From the NCBI GenBank assembly GCA_046350815.1, contig JAXLZO010000001.1, positions 1,170,001 through 1,202,000 of the forward strand: a stretch of 32,000 bases of DNA. The letters are read 5' to 3'. Shown one piece after another: positions 20,832-32,000 of the stretch. The translations under genes were made by a program, and so were the position numbers. The notes below the pieces were generated by a model. That model did no database searches and was not told where the DNA came from. It worked only from the letters and a program-made list of their open reading frames with translations. The DNA is from Candidatus Saccharimonadota bacterium. Lineage in GTDB: Bacteria; Patescibacteriota; Gracilibacteria; BD1-5; UBA2023. Each line of letters opens with the position of its first letter. Within the stretch, counting starts at the first letter, position 1.

Positions 20832-20924
20832 CCCCCTTCTCAGGGGGATAAAAAACAAAAATCGTCATCCTGAACGTGATTCAGGATCTTCCTTCTTTTG
20901 TCCTGTTCCCCCTTATTGAGGGGG
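20832..20924. repeat. Cluster of GC-rich hairpins (two C5/G5 palindromes and an 8-bp stem-loop)
   Basis: cccccttctcaggggg at 20832-20847. atcctgaa-cgtga-ttcaggat at 20867-20887. cccccttattgaggggg at 20908-20924. Confidence 0.75.
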
Positions 20925-21030
20925 TTAGGAGGAGTTGTATTCATATACAAGCATTATCCTGGAAGAGTTTCATTTCAGAATTTGTAGATCCCGAAGAAGA
21001 AGGTGGATATATTCGTTTTCCCTGCAAGTT

Positions 21031-21060
21031 AAAAAAAGAAGCATAAATGCTTCTTTTTTT
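21031..21060. terminator. Bidirectional intrinsic terminator downstream of ferredoxin
   Basis: aaaaaaagaagca-taaa-tgcttcttttttt forms a perfect 13-bp stem. Confidence 0.8.
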
Positions 21061-21075
21061 AACAATGCGAATGTA

Positions 21076-21360
21076 CTACACATCCTGATGCTCAACGGCA
21101 CCATTCGAATACCCGACACATCCAGTCGCAGCATCTGTCTCTTGCCAAGAGATCGCATTGACCGGGCATGCAGCAATCGAGTCATTTACTTCATCTTCAG
21201 GATATTCGACACCGTCATTCACACGAGAGAGTCATTCGTCATCCATACGAAACACATCACCAGCAATCACAGCGCACGAGCTACACCCGATACATGTTGA
21301 GTTCACATGAGGTTTTTTGACAATACCCTTGAGGGTTTGGAGTTTTGATTGATCGATCAT
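21076..21360 (-). CDS. Ferredoxin (single Fe-S cluster type)
   Basis: No supplied ORF covers it because of an internal TGA. Translation is MIDQSKL...CIGCSSCAVIAGDVFRMDDE-G-LSRV...AACPVNAISW. TAG at 21076-21078. Confidence 0.8.
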
Positions 21361-21421
21361 AAAACGATAAGAAAGTTAGCTTTTGCCAATTATACAAAAA
21401 TCGCTATTATTTCCAAAAAAT

Positions 21422-22756
21422 ATGTCCAAAAATCCCCAAAGAAACCTCTCATTCAGACAACTTCCCATTCTTGATAAAATTCTTGCAATCCTTATTGGAT
21501 TTCTCCCATGGAGTATATTTTCTGGGATCTTTTTTGGGAATGTACTCCATATTCCAGGGGTCAATTTTATCAAAGAACTCCTTCTTGCTCTCGTCGCAGC
21601 TCTCGTAGGATGGCAATACTACCAAAGAAAACTCATACCAAAATTCGATCTCATTGATATGAGCGCTCTGAGTTTTGTGGTAATTCTAACGGCAATCAGT
21701 CTTTTTAATAACCTCTCTCTCGGGCATTATTTCTATGGTGGACGATATGATTTCGAGTGGATATTTGCACTCATTCTCCTCAAACATACTGCTCCCCTCT
21801 TGAGTTGGTCATATGCACGTTTCATGAATATATTTTTCTGGAGTGGATGAATAGCTCTTGCACTCTGAATCTTTATTCGATTCGTTGTTGGCGTAGATGC
21901 ACTTCTGTATTTTGGATATGGTGCTAATCTCTCGAACTGGACACTCGGATGACAAATACCGATCTATCATGGTGTTGAGGGAGCAAATGTTCAACGTTTT
22001 CAAGGTATTTTTGATGGACCTAACCCAGCATGAGCATTTCTCCTGCTCTATATCCCACTCTACGTAGCCTATTTTCTTCCAAGAAAGAGCTACCATTACC
22101 TCGCATCACTCGGTGGAATTGTATTGATCATCACGCTCTTCTATACCTATTCCCGATCAGCTGTGCTTGGTCTCATCGTTGCGAGTGCTATACTAGCAAT
22201 CTATCATGGGAAAAACATTCTCTCAAAACATAGAAAGACTTTCTTTGTGATAGGGGGCATCGTATCCCTGATTACGCTTCTTTCTGTTGGATTATTCCAT
22301 GATCGACTCAGTGAGCTCATTCTTCGTAAATCATCCACCGATGGACATGCTCTGAGGATGGAAAATGGAATGCGCTCATTTCTCGAGCATCCGCTCGGAC
22401 AAGGCCTTGCAACAGCAGGACCAGCATATCGCTATGTATCAAGTGAAGGTTTTACCAAGAAAGAAGAGCTCCAACAAGGAAACAATAAAAAACTGGAAGA
22501 TAACAAGATTCCAGAAAGTTGGCATATTCAAATTCTTATGGAAGGTGGAATCTTTGGATTTGCTGCATTTATCACATTTCTCCTTCTCATAGCCTACAAA
22601 CTCATCAAGTACGACACATTCTTATTTGTGAGTTGGACTTCTATTGTGATTATGGCGGTATTCCTCCATATATATGAGGCAACTTTTGTAGCACTCCTCC
22701 TCTCCATATTTGTAGGTCTCAAGCTCGGGCATATACACATGAATCATCGAAAATAG
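21422..22756 (+). CDS. O-antigen ligase / Wzy-like polymerase family membrane protein
   Basis: ORFs 21383-21850 and 22124-22756 share one frame and are joined through TGA codons. Multi-TM protein with YTYSRSAVLGLIV and ESWHIQILMEGGIFGF. First ATG at 21422; a TTG at 21383 is also possible. Confidence 0.7.
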
Positions 22757-22757
22757 T

Positions 22758-24005
22758 ATGTATCGATTTCTTTTTGCCGGTCGTCACGAGAGAGAAAAAT
22801 GATTTGATATTGTGGTTGACTCTATCGAACTTCTCAGACGCAATTTTCCAGAAACATTCTCACAAGTTCAGTTTGTGATCCTTGCCAATGGATCCATGAC
22901 GGAGGGTTTTATCCAAAGATACAACATGGAGCCATGGTTCGTGGATGCTCGTAACCAAGCTATATCCGAGCTTGATTTTGATAGTCTCCCACAGTGTCTC
23001 TATCTGGGACATCAGAACAAAGATAATGTACTCGAGATTATGGGGCAAGTAGATTTTGTACTGATGCCATCACGTTGTCTCGAGACGTTTGGATTGGTCG
23101 CTCTTGAAGCAGCGAGCCGATGAACACCGACCATTGCATTCGCAAAATGATGACTTGAGTCATTGATCCTCGATGATGCGCGGCTGAGTGAACTCACACC
23201 TGCCAATGTTGTCGCAACCATTGCGAGGCTTCTGCGAAGACTCGATGATGAGTGATACGAACGTCTCTCGAGCGAAGCATACGAGCTCACTCATCGTTTT
23301 CGGGAATCTCAGTGGATATCGACCGTAAAAGCATGCATACCACCTGAGGCAAAGAAGATTCTCATGCTTATGGACTATACAACATTCATCGGTGGCGCAG
23401 AGACGCATGTTGAGACGATCCGACGAACACTCAAGCGTGAATGATACGAAGTGGAGATACTCTGATGGCCTCTCGAAGGGTCAGGATGGACACTCACGAT
23501 CAAACGTCTTCTTGGAATCGTTGCATCGAGCTTGAATATCAAGGCACATCGAGATATTACAAAAAAAATAAAAGAATTTGATCCGCAAGTTGTATGGTGT
23601 CACAGCGTATCAAGATACTTTGGAGCATATGCACTCACAGCAATACCAAAGCATTGCACTCGCGTTATTACCTATCATGACCTTGGTTACTTTTCCCCAC
23701 GACCGTCAGAAATTGAGTCAATCAATGAGCTTCTGCACAAGATGAGTCTCATCGACTGGATTGAGTGACTTCATGGTATCAAGCGATATATTCCTATTTT
23801 TGAGGCATTTCGCTATCTTCAGATCAAATTTCTCTTAAAGATCATCCAAGATTTTGACTTTCATTTTGTTCCTTGAGAATTTATGCAAGAAATTGCACAT
23901 CGAACCATCAAATGTCCGAGTGAAAAAATTGTCTATCTTCCGCATTACTATGAAGAACGAATCTCCACAAGCGAAAATCCTGAACAAACTTTCTCTCAGC
24001 GATAG
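22758..24005 (+). CDS. GT-B (GT4-like) glycosyltransferase with its two Rossmann halves in permuted order
   Basis: Single 416-codon frame. The first half is C-domain-like: FLFAGRHEREK-G-FD...FVLMPSRCLETFGLVALEAASR-G-TPTIAFAK-GG-LESLI. The second half is N-domain-like: KKILMLMDYTTFIGGAETHVETIRRTLKRE-G-YEVEIL...FHFVP-G-EFM...KIVYLPHYY. Confidence 0.6.
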
Positions 24006-24801
24006 AGGACATCTCATAAACTCTATTATTTGTCACTATCAAGATCAAAAATGGATAGTTGTTCATTTTCTCTATTTTGCATCACTCCTCAAAATCCTCA
24101 GAGAAAATGTACCTAATTCGGATCGAGACTATACTCAATCACTCATTTCTGCGGATTTTCTCCTCCCTGATGGTATCGCACTTGCACTCTATTATGAGCA
24201 TTATCTGCGACAATCACCTATCAAATGGTTTGAAATTCTTGCATTTATGACACGCTTTTCTCATCTTGCCCTCCCAAATCATAATGGAACTGATTTTATC
24301 CCCTCGTTCCTCGATGCTCTTGAAGAACGATGAATCAACTATAGCATCACACTTTTAAGCGCCTACGACACTAATATCAACAAACCAAAAACAGCTATTC
24401 AGAGCGAAATAGAAGCACTCAAACAAAGATGGAAAAAAGCGAAGTTTGTGAGTGGATACAACGTAGCATATCAAGCGCGAGACAATGAGAGCTTTCGAAA
24501 GGAATTATGAGAACAACAAACCCTCCAATGAGAAAATGATACAAATGTACTCATGGTTGCAACAGGAAGTCCTCACCAAGAACTCTGGGTGGAAACAAAT
24601 AAAGAATTTCTCAAAGAACGATGATATGCTGTATTTACGGTGGGCGGACTCATTGATTTTCTCAGCGGACGGGAAAAACGAGCTCCCCAATGGATGCGCA
24701 CTCTCAAGCTCGAATGGCTCTATCGTGCTTGCACCAATCCAAAAAAGAACAAGAACAAAGCTCTTTCTTCACTGCAAGTATTTAAATACATCAGTAAATA
24801 A
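23950..24801 (+). CDS. WecG/TagA/CpsF family glycosyltransferase
   Basis: ADFLLPDGIALALYY, VATGSPHQELW, and VGGLIDFLSGREKRAPQWMRTLKLEWLYRACTNPKK. In the frame of ORF 23854-24333, extended through TGA codons to TAA 24799-24801. Confidence 0.8.
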
Positions 24802-24824
24802 TCATATACTCTCTCGCACATCCC

Positions 24825-25886
24825 ATGCTTACCAATCTCCCCATACTCCTAAGCTATCTTCTGATAGGATTCCTACTAACCTTTGTATTGATTCCTCCTT
24901 TTCTAAGACTCATTATTCGTCTGAAGCTTGGAAAACAAATACGAGATAATGCACTTGTCGGAAAAGCAGAAATGTTCAAACTCCTTCACGAACACAAGGC
25001 AGGAACTCCAAGTATGGGTGCACTCACGATACTCGCAAGTATGGTGATACTCATACTCCTCTCGATCATTGCATGGTATTTTCGTGATGCTATACATGAT
25101 ATTACAGGAATACGTATCAATAACTCACTCTGGAGTCGAGAGGAGACGTATCTCTCTATTTTTACACTTCTATCCATGTGAATAGTGGGATTTGCAGATG
25201 ATTTACTCAATACACTTGGAAAATGAACAACAAAATGAATGTCTGCAAGGGTAAAAATGATATCACTTATCATATTTGGTACGGTTGGAGCTCTTTGGTT
25301 CGGTCTTAATCTCGGACACAATAGTGTAGGATTACCAGGTGGCTATCATCTCATACTCGGGATGTGGTATATTCCACTTTTCATATTTCTCATTATTACC
25401 TACGCAAATGCAGTCAATATAACCGATGGTCTTGATGGTCTTGCTGGTGGTCTCCTCCTCTTCAACTACAGTGTCTATGCAATCATCACCTACCATCAAG
25501 GGCTCAATATTCTTGCTTCCCTCTGCCTAATCATTGTCTGAGGACTCATTGCATTTCTGTGGTTCAATATCAAGCCGGCAAAGTTCTATATGGGCGATGT
25601 GGGATCACTCGCACTCTGAGCTAATCTCGCTGTCATGGCGATGCTCACTGATACACTTGTGGTTCTCTTGATTATATCAGCCATCTACATCTGGGAGCTC
25701 ACAACATCATTCATGCAACTCCTCTCTAAAAGACTACTTGGTCGTAAGATCTGGAAGATCGCGCCCTATCATCATCACCTCGAAGCAATGGGATGGAGTG
25801 AAGAGACCATTGTGATGCGATTCTGGCTTATCGGAATGGTGCTATCAGTATTTGGACTCATTGTCTATTATACACTCGGAATATAG
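24825..25886 (+). CDS. mraY: Phospho-N-acetylmuramoyl-pentapeptide transferase
   Basis: Three listed fragments share one frame. Motifs: HEHKAGTPSMG, NAVNITDGLDGLAGG, FYMGDVGSLAL-(TGA 25617-25619)-A, and APYHHHLEAMGWSE. Confidence 0.95.
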
Positions 25887-26330
25887 AAAACCCCCGACAT
25901 CGGGGGTTTTTGTGAGAGAGGTTCATACAGACGGACAAAACCGCAGAATGAGTGAGTGATATGTTTGTTCGATTTTAATGAAGATCGACAAAAAAATCGT
26001 TGCATATGCTGCACTTGCACCAAAAATCATAATCAAGGCTCCTGCGAATTTAGAGGAAGACTCAAAGTAGAAACCAAGCAGAATCAATACAAGAATCAAC
26101 ATAGACCAAAAAGATGGAACCATCCGCGACTGAAAAATCTTGGATTTTTTGACAATTCGAGCACCCATAAGAATGAGTATATAATGCCAAATAACATATA
26201 CTGTTTCCAGATCTTCCTTCTTAAGAAAGACACGTACCGTCGTAACGGCGAGTTCAATCGATGAATAACCCGCAAAGACAATCCACAGGCACATACTCAT
26301 CACGAGCCAAATCCACTTATACCGTTTCAT
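25842..26330 (-). CDS. Hypothetical multi-pass membrane protein
   Basis: Listed ORF 25923-26330, with AGGAGGAGG about 6 nt upstream of the ATG. It ends at a TGA (25923-25925). Under table 25 it would read on to TAG 25842-25844, through the terminator and into the mraY 3' end. Confidence 0.55.
25887..25911. terminator. Intrinsic terminator after mraY
   Basis: aaaa-cccccg-acat-cggggg-ttttt. Confidence 0.8.
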
Positions 26331-26447
26331 GATGTACCTCCTCCTCAGGAATAATATCGATGAATGGCTATTATGGTAATCATTAATCTATACTTGTCAA
26401 TAAATACATAAGGGTGGTAGAATTTCCTAAGACTTCAAAAACCATTC

Positions 26448-26475
26448 AAAAATCCCACTCAAGAGTGGGATTTTT
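26448..26475 (-). terminator. Intrinsic terminator after hup
   Basis: aaaaatcccact-caag-agtgggattttt. Confidence 0.8.
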
Positions 26476-26492
26476 GAATGGGAAGCCAAGAA

Positions 26493-26765
26493 CTACTTTA
26501 CACTGTCCTTAAGTCCTTTTCCAGAACGGAATGCAGGAGACTTAGTAGCTGCAATCTTAATCTTCTCGCCAGTCTTTGGGTTCACACCATTTCGAGCTGC
26601 ACGCTCAGAAATACGGAATGCACCAAAACCAGTAATATTTACTTCTTCACCCTTCTTGAGAGAAGCAGCAACTACATCGATGAATGCATTGAGAGCCTTT
26701 CCTGATGCATCGATGCTGAGGTTCGCTTCAGTAGCGATAGCCTTAATAAGATCTTGCTTTTTCAT
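26493..26765 (-). CDS. hup: DNA-binding protein HU
   Basis: MKKQDLIKAIA...GFGAFRISERAARNGVNPKTGEKIKIAATKSPAFRSGKGLKD. TAG stop. Confidence 0.95.
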   Translation of the reverse strand: MKKQDLIKAIATEANLSIDASGKALNAFIDVVAASLKKGEEVNITGFGAFRISERAARNGVNPKTGEKIKIAATKSPAFRSGKGLKDSVK

Positions 26766-26845
26766 ATGAAAATGTATTAGTAATAAGCAACACAGAGAAT
26801 TTTGCGAAAAATGATGAAAAATGCAAATTTTTTTTGCAATAATTC

Positions 26846-28399
<1,554 letters not shown>

Positions 28400-28490
28400 C
28401 TATAGAGAATGAAGGGAAATTCAAGGAGAGTATATACGACTCTCATAATCTAAAATCGGATCACTATTATTTCTGCACGTACAAATGTAC

Positions 28491-28519
28491 TTGATTTACA
28501 AGAAGAATGCTATTATGAT
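28491..28519 (+). promoter_or_regulatory. Sigma70-like promoter candidate for the GIY-YIG gene
   Basis: TTGATT, a 17-nt spacer, then TATGAT, lying 25 nt upstream of ATG 28544. Confidence 0.35.
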
Positions 28520-28543
28520 ATCAGTGTAGTTTAGTCAAATACA

Positions 28544-29347
28544 ATGATCACAATTCAAGAATTGCTTTATAACCGTGGACTTGATAGAAGATCAAGAGTG
28601 AAACTCGTAAGACACAAAGATAACGGACAGAATTTATACAATCTCTACAGAACTGATAGAGAAAGTTTTTTAGCGTACCAGAACTCACAATCAAGAGATG
28701 TCTTCAAAGATCTTGATTTTGTTGTTTCCTTTATAGGGGAAGAAGGTCTACGATCAAGGTTTATTGGTGTGTATAAGATGGTTGATAGAAAGCAACTCGC
28801 AGATAATCATTTTGAATACCAACTTGAAGAAGTAAAAGAACAATATGATGACCTTAAGGAAAGAGTAATTATCAAGTGGGAAAATGCAATCTCTTGGCAT
28901 CAGTGGATTAAAAACTGTATGGAAGTAATTGAAATTCATCCATGACTTCACTATAAACAATTTAATGATTATTTTGATTTTATTTTAAATTTTAATGAAC
29001 TTAAAGAGATCGTAAACAAAGAGTATAGTGATTGGCGAAAAATGCTTTCAGCAACAAAAGGAATTTATCTTATCAACGATAATAAAACTTGAAAACTCTA
29101 TGTCTGATCAGCATATGGAGATGAAGGCATATGGGGACGCTGGAGTACCTATGTTTTAACAAATTGACATTGAAACAACAAAACTCTAAAAGAATTAATT
29201 CTTCATAATCCTGAGTATGGTAATAATTTTCAGTTTTCTATTTTAATGTTATTACCACGGACAATTACGCCTGATGAAGCCATCAAGAAAGAACGGCTTT
29301 TTAAGAATAAGCTTGGTACAAATTCCTTTGGACTGAATAATAACTAA
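28544..29347 (+). CDS. GIY-YIG nuclease family protein with an N-terminal uncharacterised domain
   Basis: KGIYLINDNKT-G-KLYV-G-SAYGDEGIWGRWSTY...N-G-H-G-NNKTLKEL...FQFSILMLLP...KLGTNSFGLNNN. TAA at 29345-29347. Confidence 0.75.
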
Positions 29348-29434
29348 AAAGGAGATCATAAGAGACTCTCAACTTCGTTTTTCAGTATTTGCCATCCCGA
29401 AATCTAATATTACTCATTTCTCTCTTTTTCACGT

Positions 29435-29465
29435 AATAATACCCAGCTTTCAGCTGAGTATTATT
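29435..29465. terminator. Hairpin between convergent genes
   Basis: aataatac-c-cagct-ttc-agctg-a-gtattatt forms 13 bp with one mismatch. U-tracts are weak. Confidence 0.4.
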
Positions 29466-29476
29466 TACTATCCAAA

Positions 29477-30406
29477 TTATTTCTTCCTCTCCAACACCGC
29501 AACATAGAATCCTTCGAGCTTTCGAGATGGGCGGATGCGAAGAGATTTCTCGAGAACTTCTTTCGGGAATTTTGCTGCGACTCGTTCTTTGAGTGAGCAA
29601 CGATCCAGATGAACAACAAAAGCATGATCGATCGTTACCATTTGAAATTCAGGATGCAATTCGAGAAAACGTGCAACCACTTCTTCATTCTCAATCGGAT
29701 GCATTGTACACGTCGAGAAAATAATTCTTCATCATTCAGACAGATGATTTGAAGCAAGAGTCAGAATCTCTAAGCCTCTCTCTGCCTGATGTTTGTGAAG
29801 TGATATAGTTACTGCTTCACCATCGAGTGTATCGAGACGACCTTCGCCAGAGCAAGGAACATCGAGGAGAATACGATCGTAGATCTTGTCCGGATTCTGA
29901 GTGTGAAAATCCTGAAATCGCATTTTGTGAGCATCCGTATTTGGTACCTTGAGCATATCTATAGTTCGCTCAAGCTTTGAGAAGCGCACAGGAGATGGCT
30001 CAAGTGCATCGAGATGACCACATCCATTCATCAGAGCCATAATCTGTGAGGTCTTCGATCCTGGTGCAGCACATGCATCAAGCACATTCATACCAGGAGA
30101 GAGATCCATGCAGAGTGCAGGTATCTGTGAAGAGATAGATTGTAGATAGATTTTTCCACTATTAAATATTGGATTTCCTTTGATCGTATACTCCTCCTCA
30201 CGAGTGATCGTATAGGCATGATCAATACTTGGAAAAGCTACTGGATGTATACCGAGAGATGCAAGTGACTTGAGTGCTTCACTATCCGTCGTACGAAGTG
30301 TGTTGACTCGTAGTGATGCGTCACGCTTGAATGCAAGATCCTCCCGAATGAGTGCTATATCTGCTTCAGTCAAATAGGTCATCAAAGATGAAAGAAAAGT
30401 TTGCAT
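29477..30406 (-). CDS. NOL1/NOP2/Sun family rRNA (cytosine-C5) methyltransferase
   Basis: LDACAAPGSKTSQ, LLDVPCSGEGRL, and FSTCTMHPIENEEVV. ORFs 29732-30406 and 29477-29704 share one frame, joined by one TGA. Confidence 0.85.
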
Positions 30407-30463
30407 TTTTTTGGATTATCAAACAATAAGAGATATACTATAGTCTTAGTTGTCTTTTTTGCT

Positions 30464-32000
30464 ATGCAATTTCCAAATTTCACCCCAGAATGTCGCCAAG
30501 TTCTCATAGATAGTGAGCTCCGTGTCCAAAAATTATGACTCTCCTGGGTGACGAGCAGCGAAGTATTTTTCTCGCTCCTTGAAAGTAATCATCCGCAACT
30601 CCAGGATTTTTGTATGACCCATGGCCTGAATTCAGCGATCATCAGAGAAGTTCTCAAAGAAGATACGAACTCAAGCGAAGATGAGAAGAAAACCCCAGGA
30701 TCATACACAGGAATGAGCACGGTTGTCAAAGATATTATTGTGAATTCTGCCAAAACAGCAGCACACTTTCAAAAAACAAGCATCGATGTGTTTGATCTTT
30801 TTCTTGCAATATTGCAGAATGAAGGAACAAATCATATCCGAAATGCACTTGCATTTGTAGGTATAAGCCCCAGTGATCTCGAGGGAAATATCAATGAAAT
30901 TAACAAATTTCTTGCCGGAAGCCAGAGTGGCAATCAAGATATATTTGGCCCCCTTGATGGAATTATTGAAGCACTCGAGGGAGATATGGATATCTCTGAT
31001 GGTGGACAAGAGCACGATGTATTCGCACAAAATATTCCACCAAAACGAAAAGCCAAAGAATCAAATACGCCAGCTCTCGATTTCTTCGGTACAGATCTCA
31101 CAGAAGAAGCTCGAAATGGGAAGATCGATCATATCATTGGTCGCGACACCGAGATCGAGCGACTTGTATCCATACTCAACCGAAAGACGAAGAACAATCC
31201 ATGTCTCGTCGGAGAACCAGGCGTGGGTAAGACTGCTGTGGTTGAGTGACTTGCGCTGCGAATCGCACAAAGCAAAGTCCCTCTTGCTATGCGCGACAAG
31301 AAGATCATCGCTATCGACCTATCAAGTGTGGTAGCGGGAACAAAATACCGATGAGAGTTCGAATCACGCCTCAAGCAAATTATCGATGAAGCATCAAAAA
31401 TGGAGAACGAGATTGTCCTTTTTATTGATGAGATTCATACGATTATTGGAGCATGATCTGGAGAAGGATCGCTCGATGCAGCCAATATTCTCAAACCCGC
31501 AATGGGAAGAGGGAAAATCTCTGTTATTGGAGCAACCACTCAGAATGAATACAGTAAACATATTGAGAAAGATTCCGCTCTCGAACGTCGATTTCAGAAA
31601 ATTAATGTTGAAGAACCAACTAATGATGTTGCTCTCTCGATTATTACCGGGATCAAAGAAGGATTTGAAGAATTTCACAACCTCAATATTTCGAATGAAG
31701 CAATCAAGGCGAGCATTGATCTCTCGACAAGGTATATCACTGATCGGTATTTACCAGATAAGGCAATCGATCTCATTGATGAAGCCTGTAGTGCTAAATC
31801 TATGACCTACACGCACAGCGATGATGAGAGTGATGCTATTCGCGAAAAGATCGAAAAACATCAAAAAGATATTGATGCCTTTGTGACAAGCGGGCAGCTT
31901 CATAAGGCACTCAAAGTAAAAGAAGCAATGCATAAACTCGAAGAAGAGCTCACAAACATGAAGGCAAAGCGAACAATCCCAAAGAGTAAGCGACTCATCA
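30464..32000 (+). CDS. clpC: Clp/Hsp100 AAA+ chaperone, ClpC-like (3' end runs off the window)
   Basis: Clp N-domain. Walker A is [12 protein letters not shown]-(TGA 31247-31249)-LALRI. Also [36 protein letters not shown] and [12 protein letters not shown]. The short UVR-like middle region favours ClpC over ClpB. Confidence 0.9.

Noticed and set aside
20641-20973. 110-aa minus-strand ORF under table 25 (MKLFQDNACI...YPPEKGDEGGF...DGWHVVTEW...KVNLEE).
   Set aside because: Most of it is the translation of four GC-rich repeat copies and a hairpin. No recognisable domain or ribosome-binding site is present. Only the last 35 residues or so are unique, so I keep it as probably non-coding.
31345-31360. 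T-loop-like gttcgaatc, as a hint of a tRNA gene.
   Set aside because: It lies inside the clpC reading frame (R-G-EFESR) with no acceptor or anticodon stems around it. I saw no tRNA, rRNA, tmRNA, RNase P or SRP signatures anywhere by eye.

Overview
AT-rich bacterial window in which almost every conserved gene is split by in-frame TGA codons. Reading TGA as glycine restores full-length proteins. This is translation table 25, used by Gracilibacteria (BD1-5) and Absconditabacteria (SR1) in the candidate phyla radiation (CPR). The TGA codons fall on invariant Gly positions, for example GxGKT of SNF2, VEGLA of Clp, GSLALG of MraY and NGVG of RecQ.

All coordinates below are my own table-25 reconstructions, joined by hand from the supplied ORF fragments.

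- Housekeeping genes: recQ, queA, an ftsQ-like gene, a BatA-like von Willebrand factor A (VWA) membrane protein, ferredoxin, a cell-envelope cluster (O-antigen-ligase-like, glycosyltransferase, WecG/TagA, mraY), hup, metG, a NOL1/NOP2/Sun rRNA methyltransferase and clpC (runs off the 3' end).
- Accessory and defence genes: a PLD-like/SNF2 helicase (runs off the 5' end) in an apparent operon with a Fic protein; an HNH endonuclease with an N-terminal reader-like domain, split by a 754-bp IS1595-family (IS1016-like) element; a stand-alone EVE-domain gene directly downstream of queA; a GIY-YIG nuclease; and a type III-like restriction-modification (R-M) locus at about 14.5-20.3 kb.
- The type III-like locus has an intact 889-aa Res helicase-nuclease. 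A roughly 190-aa membrane-protein ORF is tightly coupled between mod and res. The mod gene is frameshifted, interrupted by stop codons and 5'-truncated, and is fused to a PLD-domain fragment. A type IIG-like C-terminal remnant lies downstream of res.
- A family of GC-rich palindromic repeats is scattered around this locus, including in-frame copies inside coding sequence.

I found no rRNA, tRNA or CRISPR array.
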